Source of the DNA: Candidatus Micrarchaeia archaeon
Lineage (GTDB): Archaea > Micrarchaeota > Micrarchaeia > CABMEP01
DNA: 54,845 nucleotides
Direction of reading: 5' to 3'
Assembly (NCBI GenBank): GCA_038886535.1
Contig: JAVZXS010000004.1
Location: 1 to 54,845 of the forward strand
Positions within the stretch are counted from its first letter, which is position 1, and every line of letters starts with the position of its first letter. The position numbers were made by a program, and so were the translations under genes. Below are positions 9,309 to 18,500 of the stretch, piece by piece. The notes under the pieces were generated by a model. It saw only the letters and a list, made by a program, of their open reading frames with translations. It did not search any database and was not told where the DNA came from.

Positions 9309-9701
9309 CTATTCCTTCTTTTCCTCTTTCTTTTCTTTTCTTGGGAATAGTTGGTCTAAAGGAGTAGGTCCCTCTTTTACCACAATAAAATTCAATTGTG
9401 CTATTGACTCCGTTACTGTGTTTCCTCTCATTAATCTTCTTATTCTTTCTCCTTTCTTACCTTTTGGAAAACCTACTCCTGGGGATAGAAGAATGCTCTT
9501 TCTTCCACCACCCAATAGGTCTGCCTTCATAGGAAATCCATCTTTATCTGAACCACCTCTCAGCTTTAGGGTGTATCCTGCAGCTCCTATCAGAGAACCG
9601 TCTATCTGGTCTCCAATCTTTATTCCATAAAGATGTACTTCCTTCTCCTTTGGAATCTCTGTTTGATATGAATTTTCTTTATATGATATAACAATCTTCA
9701 T
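9309..9701 (-). CDS. rps6e: Ribosomal protein S6e
   Basis: LKLRGGSDKDGFPM...GERIRRLMRGN...QLN. Confidence 0.96.
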   Translation of the reverse strand: MKIVISYKENSYQTEIPKEKEVHLYGIKIGDQIDGSLIGAAGYTLKLRGGSDKDGFPMKADLLGGGRKSILLSPGVGFPKGKKGERIRRLMRGNTVTESIAQLNFIVVKEGPTPLDQLFPRKEKKEEKKE

Positions 9702-9853
9702 AAAATCAACGTCCTTTTTATTTTAAAAAAAACGACATTATATATTTATCATAAAGATATAAAAATACCTATGCTTGATGAAAATATTTTATTATAAATC
9801 ATTATTAATATTACTGTTTTTCGGTCTTTTATTTTTAAACTCTGCTTTGAATC

Positions 9854-10093
9854 CTAACCACGTATATAAAAAACGTTAATTAAATTTAATAAGAATGATA
9901 TTGAATTCAAACCTATAAAGATTGGATCGTTAATATAAATTGAGTATATAATCAGCCCTATACAGCCAAATAGATAAAACCAAAGAAACATTGGCTCGAT
10001 CCCAACTATTTTTGTTCTGATCGTTCTTAATGTCTGAGGTATCCAAGCTAAAACTATTAATATCATTCCGATTACACCTGCTAATTCAAACAT
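9854..10093 (-). CDS. SemiSWEET/PQ-loop small membrane protein
   Basis: 79 aa, three hydrophobic helices, AWIPQ motif after the first TM. Confidence 0.75.
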   Translation of the reverse strand: MFELAGVIGMILIVLAWIPQTLRTIRTKIVGIEPMFLWFYLFGCIGLIIYSIYINDPIFIGLNSISFLLNLINVFYIRG

Positions 10094-10146
10094 AATCGCA
10101 CCTTACTTATTATGTTTATGCCTTCTTAATTAAAAATCTTTATTCT

Positions 10147-11244
10147 TTAGTTTCTTTCATCCCATAGATTGATATAAAAATTATTTAACCTTTTTATAAC
10201 ATTCAGTTTTTCTTTTTCACCTAGATTGGAATTAGATATTGCATCCTTTAGAAATTCTATAGTTTTGTCGTAAGTTTTCCTATCTACAGGATAAGGGTAG
10301 CCATCCTTTCCGCCTAGTGCAAATGAATATTTTACTGGGTCTTTCCAAGATGGCTTTGAACCGTATATTAGTTCGCTTAACAATGCCAAGGCTCTTATCG
10401 TCTTTGGTCCCACTCCAGGATAATTTATAATCTCTTCGAATTTAGATGGATTGAATTCATTCAAATCCATAAATTTTTTATACAGATGCAAATCAATTTC
10501 ATGTCTAGACTGCATTGTAAATCCATATTCTAAAAGAGTGGTCTGTTTTAGATCTTTTACCTTTGCAGTTAATCTTCCTGGTGCTTCTTTTACAAGATCA
10601 ACTATTGATCTTCTTGATTCTTCACTTTCAAAGGCAGTTAGATTAAGGCACTCCTTGCTTTCATCGCAGCAGATTGCAGCATGCGGTTCTACTACAAAAT
10701 CAGATACTTTTTCATCAAGCCAATGATACCTTCTTGCATATCTAGTATTACTATTCAAACCCTGTTGTATGACTGCCCATCTTCCATCTTCTGTAACTAT
10801 AAATGAATGATGATATAGCTGATATCCATCCTGAATCAATGAGTTATCAACCTTTGCAGAGATCTTGCTTGCATAAAGAAGCGAATCCAACTTCCTTTGT
10901 GAAATATTTATTCTTTCTGATAAGCGACTGATTTCCTCTTTTACATTTATTGCAGACTTTCCCTTTCCACCTAAAAATTCTATTCCGTGCTCTTCTATAG
11001 ACAACGCTTCCTTCAAAGCTCCACATGTTACAGTAGTTGTCCCTGAACTGTGAAAATCAAAACCAAGAACACATGAGAGAGATTGAAACCAGAATGGATC
11101 TGACATTCTTTTCAAGAACTCATTTTTCCCATATTCTCCTTCAACTGCAATATAAATTACTCTGCCTAACTCAACCATCCTAGAAAATAGCCATTTTGGT
11201 GCATTTCCGTAATGCAATGGAAGGTCTGTATAGCCTGTTTTCAT
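10147..11244 (-). CDS. DUF763 family protein
   Basis: DLPLHYGNAPKWLF, DPFWFQSLSCVLGFDFHSSGTTT, KVDNSLIQDGYQLYHH, SFALGGKDGYPYPVD. Confidence 0.9.
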   Translation of the reverse strand: MKTGYTDLPLHYGNAPKWLFSRMVELGRVIYIAVEGEYGKNEFLKRMSDPFWFQSLSCVLGFDFHSSGTTTVTCGALKEALSIEEHGIEFLGGKGKSAINVKEEISRLSERINISQRKLDSLLYASKISAKVDNSLIQDGYQLYHHSFIVTEDGRWAVIQQGLNSNTRYARRYHWLDEKVSDFVVEPHAAICCDESKECLNLTAFESEESRRSIVDLVKEAPGRLTAKVKDLKQTTLLEYGFTMQSRHEIDLHLYKKFMDLNEFNPSKFEEIINYPGVGPKTIRALALLSELIYGSKPSWKDPVKYSFALGGKDGYPYPVDRKTYDKTIEFLKDAISNSNLGEKEKLNVIKRLNNFYINLWDERN

Positions 11245-11329
11245 AAATATCTATTATCAACTTATAGACTATATAAAATATAAAAATAGATGAGGCGACT
11301 GCGGGAATGCTGATTAAAAATATTATTAA

Positions 11330-11503
11330 TTACCAATCTAAAAGAGTCGGGGTTTTAACTTCTTTTTTCTCATTCTTTTCATTTAAAACAAGAAGGAATT
11401 TGTCATCCTTTCTCTCGATTTTAGAAGTCATACCTAACTTGTCCATCTTTGACATTATGGCACTCACTTCATCCAATCTTATATTTGTTATGTCTATTAT
11501 CAT
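11330..11503 (-). CDS. Small hypothetical protein (57 aa) missed by the ORF track
   Basis: GGTGA RBS, then MIIDITNIRLDEVSAIMSKMDKLGMTSKIERKDDKFLLVLNEKNEKKEVKTPTLLDW*; co-oriented with cdc6 and DUF763. Confidence 0.6.
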   Translation of the reverse strand: MIIDITNIRLDEVSAIMSKMDKLGMTSKIERKDDKFLLVLNEKNEKKEVKTPTLLDW

Positions 11504-11675
11504 ATTTCATCACCGAAAACAGAATCGCAAAGGCTATTTAAATACTAATTGGAAGGGTACATTTCCGGTGATCTAGATATTTGTTATAACACATAAAAAT
11601 AGCTAATCTACGGAGAAAGTCTCTTATAAATTTTAGAAATGTATCTTTTGTCTCTTAAGAATTTCTAGTCTTAAT

Positions 11676-12749
11676 TCATTTTCTTATTGATATCAACTTT
11701 GTTCTTCCCTTTGGTTTGACATCTATCTCTTTTGAAGTTAGTATGCCTGATTCCTCAAGCTTTGTTATGTAGAATTGAAGCATCCTGTTGCTTAAACCCA
11801 GATCTGAGAGTTTTTCATATATCTCTCCGCTTGTAAGAGGACCTGATAAAAGAAGATTGACAATTCTTTTCTCTGGATCTGAAAGAGAATCAAAATGCCT
11901 TGCTATAAAGTCTGTTTCTTGCTTTACCTCTTCTAATGCAAGCTTGACGTGCTTCAATAAAAGTTTCTTCGATCCTTCTCTTTCTGCATTCAATCCTGCC
12001 TGATAAAGAAGTGAAATTCCAACTCTTGCATCTCCACCTTGCTTTGCTGCATTTGCTGCACAGAGTGCGACTGCCTCTTCACTTATTGCAGAAGAGAAAA
12101 ACGCCAGTTTTGCTCTTTCCATCAAAATCTTTTTGAGCTGGAATGCATTGTATTTTTCAAATTTAATCCTGGACTCCAATAAAGATGATCTTATTCTCTC
12201 ATCAAGCTTTGCAGCGATTTCGTCGTCATTGCTTATAACAATTACAGAAACCCTTCCATTTGCAAGCTCGTCTCCTCTGCTCAGATAATATAATATTTCA
12301 GTTGAATTGTTTGCTATCAGCCTATCAACCTCATCAAGAACTACGATTAGAATCTTGTTATTTAGAACTAAATATTCTTTTATTCTCTTGAAGATTTCGT
12401 CAAATGCTATTCCTCTTCTTGGAAGAGGAAGCTTAAGTCTCTCTGCAATCTCAGAAAGCACTGCATTTGAAGTTGTAAAGTTCCAACAGTTGATATATAT
12501 TGCTATGGGTGTTTGACTGAATTCTGTCAATTGATTTAGAACATACTTTGTACAACTTGTCTTTCCGCTTCCTGTCGGACCAGTTATCAGTATATTTCTT
12601 CCCCTCTTTCCTTTTGAAGCTGCTGAAAGCGCGAACGCCAACTCCCTTAATTGTGTCTCTCTTTCAGGCATCTCAGGTGGTAGATATTCAAGACTTAATG
12701 CATTCTCATTCTTGAATATGGAGGAATCACTTTCATAGAAAAGCTTCAT
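11676..12749 (-). CDS. cdc6: Orc1/Cdc6 replication initiator AAA+ ATPase
   Basis: Walker A GPTGSGKT, YINCW, Walker B VVLDEVD, GDAR sensor 2, C-terminal wHTH. Confidence 0.93.
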   Translation of the reverse strand: MKLFYESDSSIFKNENALSLEYLPPEMPERETQLRELAFALSAASKGKRGRNILITGPTGSGKTSCTKYVLNQLTEFSQTPIAIYINCWNFTTSNAVLSEIAERLKLPLPRRGIAFDEIFKRIKEYLVLNNKILIVVLDEVDRLIANNSTEILYYLSRGDELANGRVSVIVISNDDEIAAKLDERIRSSLLESRIKFEKYNAFQLKKILMERAKLAFFSSAISEEAVALCAANAAKQGGDARVGISLLYQAGLNAEREGSKKLLLKHVKLALEEVKQETDFIARHFDSLSDPEKRIVNLLLSGPLTSGEIYEKLSDLGLSNRMLQFYITKLEESGILTSKEIDVKPKGRTKLISIRK

Positions 12750-12829
12750 AAAATTAAATGAACGTAATAATTAATAAATTTGACGATGTATAATATAATT
12801 ACAAATTCTATCGATAATACGTGATTATT

Positions 12830-12997
12830 ATGGCAAAACAAACAGTATCCACCCCACCAGGTTCTGCAGGTATATTTAGATTCTATGAAGCAGAAGGTGG
12901 AGGAATAAAACTTAAACCCGGGATAGTAATAGCTATAACTGCTATATTTATAGTCGCCATTCTTATTCTAAGATACATAACTACTGGCAAGATATAA
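12830..12997 (+). CDS. secG: Preprotein translocase subunit Sec61beta (SecG-like), missed by the ORF track
   Basis: MAKQTVSTPPGSAGIFRFYEAEGGGIKLKPGIVIAITAIFIVAILILRYITTGKI*: AG(L/I)xR(Y/F)Y motif plus a single C-terminal TM. Confidence 0.88.
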   Translation: MAKQTVSTPPGSAGIFRFYEAEGGGIKLKPGIVIAITAIFIVAILILRYITTGKI

Positions 12998-13834
12998 TTA
13001 ATCTATCAAAGAAAAGGTTCCCTTTCTTTTTTCTATTATTTCTCCTTCTTCTCTTAAGACTGTGAGAAGCGCGATTGCTGCCTCTTCTTCAATGCCTAAT
13101 GCATCAGCTATTTTGTCCGCCTGTTTAGGACCAGATTTCAGTATTGATTTTATCTTGGATTGAAATTTAAGAACGAAAGAATTCTTAACAAGATAATATT
13201 TCTTATCGAATCCCCTTATTCCTGTAACCTGATTTTTCTGAATCTTATCCTCAAGAAGCTTTGAAATCTCTCTTGCATCCGCTTCTGACTGTAGAACAAG
13301 ATATCCATTCTTATTTAGTATTTTTATTGGATCTGTCTCCTCTTTTTTGATCTCTTTCTGTTCTTTCTTTTCTTTTAATTCCTTCTTTTGTTTTTCTTGC
13401 TCTTTTAGTTGGACAACCTGCTCTTCCTGTTTAATGCCTTCTTTTGGCTTTGCTGCCTCCTGCCTCTTTTCAAGAAGCTGCCTGTAAACAAGGTTAGGAA
13501 CCTGATAAACACCTGTATTTAGATACTTTCCACCATAGTAAATATTCACAAGATGTTTCTTCACAAGTTCGTCAAGTAGTTTCAATTCTTCCTGAGAAAA
13601 GGTTTTTCTTACAACTTCAGGAGTTCTTTCTTCGAATTTAATCTGAAGAAGCTTGTTTAATATATTGATATCTGAATCGGATAAAGGAAGAAGTTTTACT
13701 TTCTCAATTGCTATAGTTCCTGCAGTTATCTCATATACTCTAATGGGTGTTTCTGGTCTTAGATCAAGCTTTCTTACTAATTCTTCTGGTATGATTATAG
13801 CAAGATCCTTTCCATATCTTATTATTTTTGAAAT
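12998..13834 (-). CDS. Putative DNA-binding protein: N-terminal AbrB/MazE-like domain and C-terminal wHTH; probable ATT start
   Basis: The frame is open 83 codons upstream of the track's TTG (13585) and reads ISKIIRYGKDLAIIIPEELVRKLDLRPETPIRVYE. GGTGAGG RBS precedes ATT at 13834. C-terminus IADALGI..LLTVLREEGEIIEKRKG is wHTH-like. Confidence 0.65.
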   Translation of the reverse strand: MSKIIRYGKDLAIIIPEELVRKLDLRPETPIRVYEITAGTIAIEKVKLLPLSDSDINILNKLLQIKFEERTPEVVRKTFSQEELKLLDELVKKHLVNIYYGGKYLNTGVYQVPNLVYRQLLEKRQEAAKPKEGIKQEEQVVQLKEQEKQKKELKEKKEQKEIKKEETDPIKILNKNGYLVLQSEADAREISKLLEDKIQKNQVTGIRGFDKKYYLVKNSFVLKFQSKIKSILKSGPKQADKIADALGIEEEAAIALLTVLREEGEIIEKRKGTFSLID

Positions 13835-13881
13835 AACCTCACCTTCAAATAAAAACAGATTGTTTTATAGCTATAATATTT

Positions 13882-13897
13882 CAGAAACATTTAAATA
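13882..13897 (+). promoter_or_regulatory. BRE + TATA box of the 5S rRNA gene
   Basis: CAGAAACA-TTTAAATA, with the TATA box about 22-29 nt upstream of the 5S 5' end. Confidence 0.55.
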
Positions 13898-13918
13898 TAT
13901 TACACACTATATTATATT

Positions 13919-14033
13919 GTCAGCGGCCATAGGAACCGGGAAACGCCCGATCCCATTCCGAACTCGGAAGCTAAGCCGGTTCACGATGTTATTTGTACTC
14001 TCCTGTCGGAGGGGAAGATGCATTGCTGCTGAC
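13919..14033 (+). rRNA. rrf: 5S rRNA, unlinked from 16S/23S
   Basis: Terminal helix GTCAGCGGC/GCTGCTGAC; conserved CCCGATCCCATTCCGAACTCGGAAGCTAAGCC. Confidence 0.93.
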
Positions 14034-14076
14034 TTTATCATTCTTATTCTATTGCAAAAAAAACAATGATGATTGA

Positions 14077-15459
14077 ATGCAGAACATATTCACAAAGAAA
14101 GATATTTTGAATCTCGTTATAATATTATTGTATGCCTATTTCTTATTAGGATTGGTTTCTAATCCCAGTGTTTTGACCTATGAGCGAGCTTCAAGTCTAA
14201 ACATGGGAAAGGAAAAGATGATGGAGGTATCTAATCTCTCTCTTTTCATAGGTATTGCTTTTGCATTTATTATATACATTGTATCAAGAGTTGTTTTCAA
14301 ACAATCCGAACTTCCAGTATTCGTATCTTCATTGTTAATGGTTTCTTCATATGCATTCATAAACAATTTCTCAATTGGAATATCCGATTTAACTTTCCTA
14401 CTGCTGGGAGGTTTTGCAACACCTTCATTCGGATTTGAAAAGATGTATCAAATACTTCCATTGCTTCCTTTGTCTTTGCTTTCTATCTATGTATTATATT
14501 CAAATAAAAAAATGAAATATGTATTTACTGGAATTATAGCATTGATTGCATCATTCTTCATACCACTCATCTCGCTTCCTGTCTTATTCATACTCAATGC
14601 AGACGGATTCAGCAGAATAAATAAAATAAAAGACAGAGGAATATTAAGCACCATAGCTGGTGGTGCGATTGCTGCAGCCATCTCTTTGATAATACTTGGT
14701 TCAGGAGTGGGTGCGATTGGCTTATCTGTTTTGATAGGTCTTGTGATAGCAGTTGTAATGCTTACATTTGAGAATAAGCATACCCTACTTTATTTATTGA
14801 CTATAACGCTCATAATGGTCTCAATCGAATATGCAATTGCAAACATGTTGAACAAACAAACTGTTGATCTAGATACTATTAATACCTTGTCATGGATAAA
14901 TGACATGGATGGAAGAATTGCATTTGCTTCAGTGTATGGAGATAATATAAGTAAGATATCCTTTGTTGAAACTGGAAAGAACGTCTTAACTAATGAGGCG
15001 TTTCTTTTCTTGTTCACAAATAGAACCCCAAGCTTTGATTATCTTATAATAGATACAATTATACTTGATTCTCCAAAGGAATATGCAAAACTAGTTAATG
15101 CTACAGTTACTTTTGAAACCTTTGCATTTGCTGGAATCCAAAGGCAAGGAGATATATATTATCAAACTTATTTGACTTACAAGCAAGATTATCTTTTAAT
15201 ACCAACAGACTCTGCAGGTAACATTCTAAGTAACAGGATAATTATAAACGGAGCTGAAGATTCATATTTCAAGCTTCTTATTCTGAATTCTTCAGATTCT
15301 TCTTATTTCAGATACATACATCCTATGTCTGATTCTAACAAGAATATTTTTAAGGTTCTTTACCCAAATCAATTTGGAAGCTTATCTGGCTATGAGATAA
15401 AAGAAATAAAAAGTTCCAATAATTCTAGATTCAGAATTTATCAGATAATAAAACAATAA
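14077..15459 (+). CDS. Polytopic membrane protein with extracellular C-terminal domain (possibly degenerate AglB/STT3-like)
   Basis: Many TM segments in the N-terminal half; soluble C-terminal half with FDYLIID; no WWDYG motif. Confidence 0.5.
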   Translation: MQNIFTKKDILNLVIILLYAYFLLGLVSNPSVLTYERASSLNMGKEKMMEVSNLSLFIGIAFAFIIYIVSRVVFKQSELPVFVSSLLMVSSYAFINNFSIGISDLTFLLLGGFATPSFGFEKMYQILPLLPLSLLSIYVLYSNKKMKYVFTGIIALIASFFIPLISLPVLFILNADGFSRINKIKDRGILSTIAGGAIAAAISLIILGSGVGAIGLSVLIGLVIAVVMLTFENKHTLLYLLTITLIMVSIEYAIANMLNKQTVDLDTINTLSWINDMDGRIAFASVYGDNISKISFVETGKNVLTNEAFLFLFTNRTPSFDYLIIDTIILDSPKEYAKLVNATVTFETFAFAGIQRQGDIYYQTYLTYKQDYLLIPTDSAGNILSNRIIINGAEDSYFKLLILNSSDSSYFRYIHPMSDSNKNIFKVLYPNQFGSLSGYEIKEIKSSNNSRFRIYQIIKQ

Positions 15460-15505
15460 TAGTATAGGAGTTACAAATACTATTATCTGATGGATGCGCT
15501 ATTCT

Positions 15506-18500
15506 TTAACTTGTTCCTGATTTTAGTGTATACTTGCCTACTGCGCATTGAGCAGTTTGAAGCAGTGTAAGCATCTTTGATGGATCGCACATTGAATAGT
15601 TTGTTTCCTTCATTGAGAATGTTGTAAATGATAATCCTTCAGCTGCATAATAATATCTTCCGCATCCTTCCCTGAACCATGCATCTGTCCATGGCTTGTT
15701 TGTCTTTCCTGAGGTAAGAAGACCATAGAAATCAAATGACGGACATGGGTCTGTCAAGCAGTATTGGGCTGTTCCAAGCACGCCTGAACCTGCAAGAATT
15801 GGAATCCATATTCCATAGAAATCTTGATATGCTGTTACAATAGATTCATCTGTCCAATTGCATGCTGAATTTGTATTAGATGTACCATCCTTTAATCCGA
15901 ATCTCATTATTATTGATGGTTTTGTGTAATTGTATAAACCAAGTTTTGATTTGTTTACTATTGAATTCATTATGTCTTCAAAACTGCAGGACGGATAATT
16001 GTTAAGGAATTCATCATAACCTATTACATCTACAAATTCAATTGCATTTTTGCCAAGTATTAGGGTTGAATTTGCTGAATTTAAAATATCCTTAAGCTGT
16101 GTGATATTAGCATCCCCGACATTTAAAACTGTAGTACAATTTGGACATATATTCTTGACAGAGGCAAGCTGCTGGAATGCACACAGCCTTTCAGATTCAT
16201 TTGAAAGATTCAGTCCGGATTCTGAGGCAAAGAATGTAACCGTAGCGGGACCGTATGGATTATAAGATGCACATTCAATCTGCTTTCCTGAGTCACAAGC
16301 CTGAGTTGCATAATCTAATCTCTCATAGCTTCCAATTGCAAGAGCCATTGAAGATAAGTCAGTTGAACAGTCTATATCTCCTGTTGAATTTATTATGGAC
16401 TTCACAGAGATTGGAAGCACGTTCTTTGTCTTATTATCAATATATACTAGTTCTTCAGTTTGTTGAGGTGAAAAGATCTGAATTTTTGAATTTGGATCAA
16501 TTATAATTGACTCTTCCCTGATTCCTTCTGGAGAAACGTAATAATAAAGTATTGAAATGTTGAATCCTTTTTGACCTGAACAACTGCATGTTGTAATTGA
16601 CATATTATTCTCTTCATTACCTAACTTAAGCAAACCTAAAGGTATCCTCCATTGTTGAGTTTGAGAATAGTTATCAATATAAGTAACACCCGACCCACTC
16701 GAATACTGACATCTAAATTTGGTTGTCGGTAAAATAGTTTGTCCATTTAAGAATATATTCCCGTTATCATTAAAAGAATAAATCAAATACGCTTTATAGG
16801 TAGATAACGGAAGCTTGAATGAAACATTAACCTGACTAACATCTGATCCATATAGTGGCGAATCACATGTTGTCTTTGGATAAGAAATACACTGTTTGAT
16901 TCCTAAATCACAATACTGGTTAGATGCACAGTGTGCATCGCTTGTACAATTTGTAGATGATTGACAGAATGCAGGAGAAGATGAAGAAGCATTTGTGCAT
17001 GCTGCACCGCTTTGCAATGAGTTACAATTTGTGGTGGAAGAACAGTTCTGCTTCTTTATACATTTCATTTCTTGACAAATTTCATCCAAATTACATTCTG
17101 AATCTGTAGTGCAAATCCTATCATGTAATATTCTGCAGAATCCATCTTGACATATCTCTCCAGATCTACAATCTGTTGAAGTTGAACATTTAACTGGGAT
17201 TTTACAGACAGAAGATTCGCATACTGATTGAATTCCATTGATCAGGCCACAATCAGAATCTTGTGAACAATTCTTTGAAATAACACATCTTCCTTCGATG
17301 CAACCACCTTCAAGACAGTCTGCATCAATTGTACACAATGGTTCTGTATAAGATGGACTATAAAGAGTACAATTATTTTCATTGGTAATAAAGTTGGTTA
17401 CGCATGCTGTATTGCTATCTTCGCTGCAATCTGAATTTGAAATACATGAGCTTGAAATACATGCCCTTATTTTTTCGCCATCTTCTGTTTCATCTACAAT
17501 TGTACAATACATTCCAATAGGACAATCGCTGTCTAAGCTACAATTATTGATTACTGGCATAGCACATTTACCTTGATAACATACTGAATTTATTGGACAA
17601 TCGCTGTTATCGGTACAACTTTCGATCATTGTGCATGTCTGAGACGAGCAGACAAAACCAGATGGACAATCTAATGAATTAGTACAGTTTGTTATACGTG
17701 TACACTTGTTGTTAATACAAATCGAATTTGGATCTGAAGAATAGCAATCAAAGGAATCTGAACATTGAATATCTAATGTAATACATTTCTTGATTCCAGT
17801 TCCATCATCAATACATTTACTATTGACTCCGCATTCTAAATCGGTTTGGCACTGTTTTGTAAGAATACATTTATAGTTATGGCAAATTGATGGAGATGGA
17901 CACTCATCATCCCTTATGCAGAATTTAATAGGATGACATCTTTTTTCTACATCACAGAACGAACCTTCCGGGCAGTCTGAATCATTCTTACATTCAATTA
18001 TATCCATCCATTCTGCTTTTAATATATTATAAAAGAATGAATCACTTGTTAAAATGTTATTTTGCAAAATAAGTTTGACAAAATTTGCAGAAGGTATTGC
18101 TTTGTTAAGTTGATGTGATTCTGAATCAGTGTTAATAAATGTGATAGATGTATTAGGTCTCAGAATAAGATCAGAAGGATCAAACATCTGTGACTTGACA
18201 ACTACTTCGATATCTTGTTTTATTGATTTAATGCCTGCAGCAACATCTGGCTTGTCTTGCAACCTTACAGTCCATGGCTCTGAATTGTATGGGAAATTAA
18301 GACATGTTTGCCTATCTGGATAAACATCAATATAACCATCACTCTTTACTCGATCTGGAACTGAAACTCTGTGTATTTTTCCATCAAGGCTTTGGAAACA
18401 TACTTCGCTCAGTGGGGATGTTGTAACGAAGGAAGGGGTAAACTCTGATTTCTGAATATCTATCTCTAATGGCTTATATCTGTCATAACCTTCAACTATC

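Noticed and set aside
11290..11313. Short GC-rich patch ending in CTGA (possible C/D box sRNA)
   Set aside because: Too short, with no proper box C (RTGATGA) or C'/D' pair.
11307..11576. 89-aa plus-strand ORF
   Set aside because: Shadow of the better-supported minus-strand 57-aa ORF, which has an RBS.
11504..11675. Possible replication origin next to cdc6
   Set aside because: No repeated ORB-like TTCCAxxGGAA elements could be identified on either side of cdc6, and the intergenic spaces are short.
13653..14069. 138-aa plus-strand ORF
   Set aside because: Overlaps the 5S rRNA and is antisense to the AbrB-like extension; no protein-like features.
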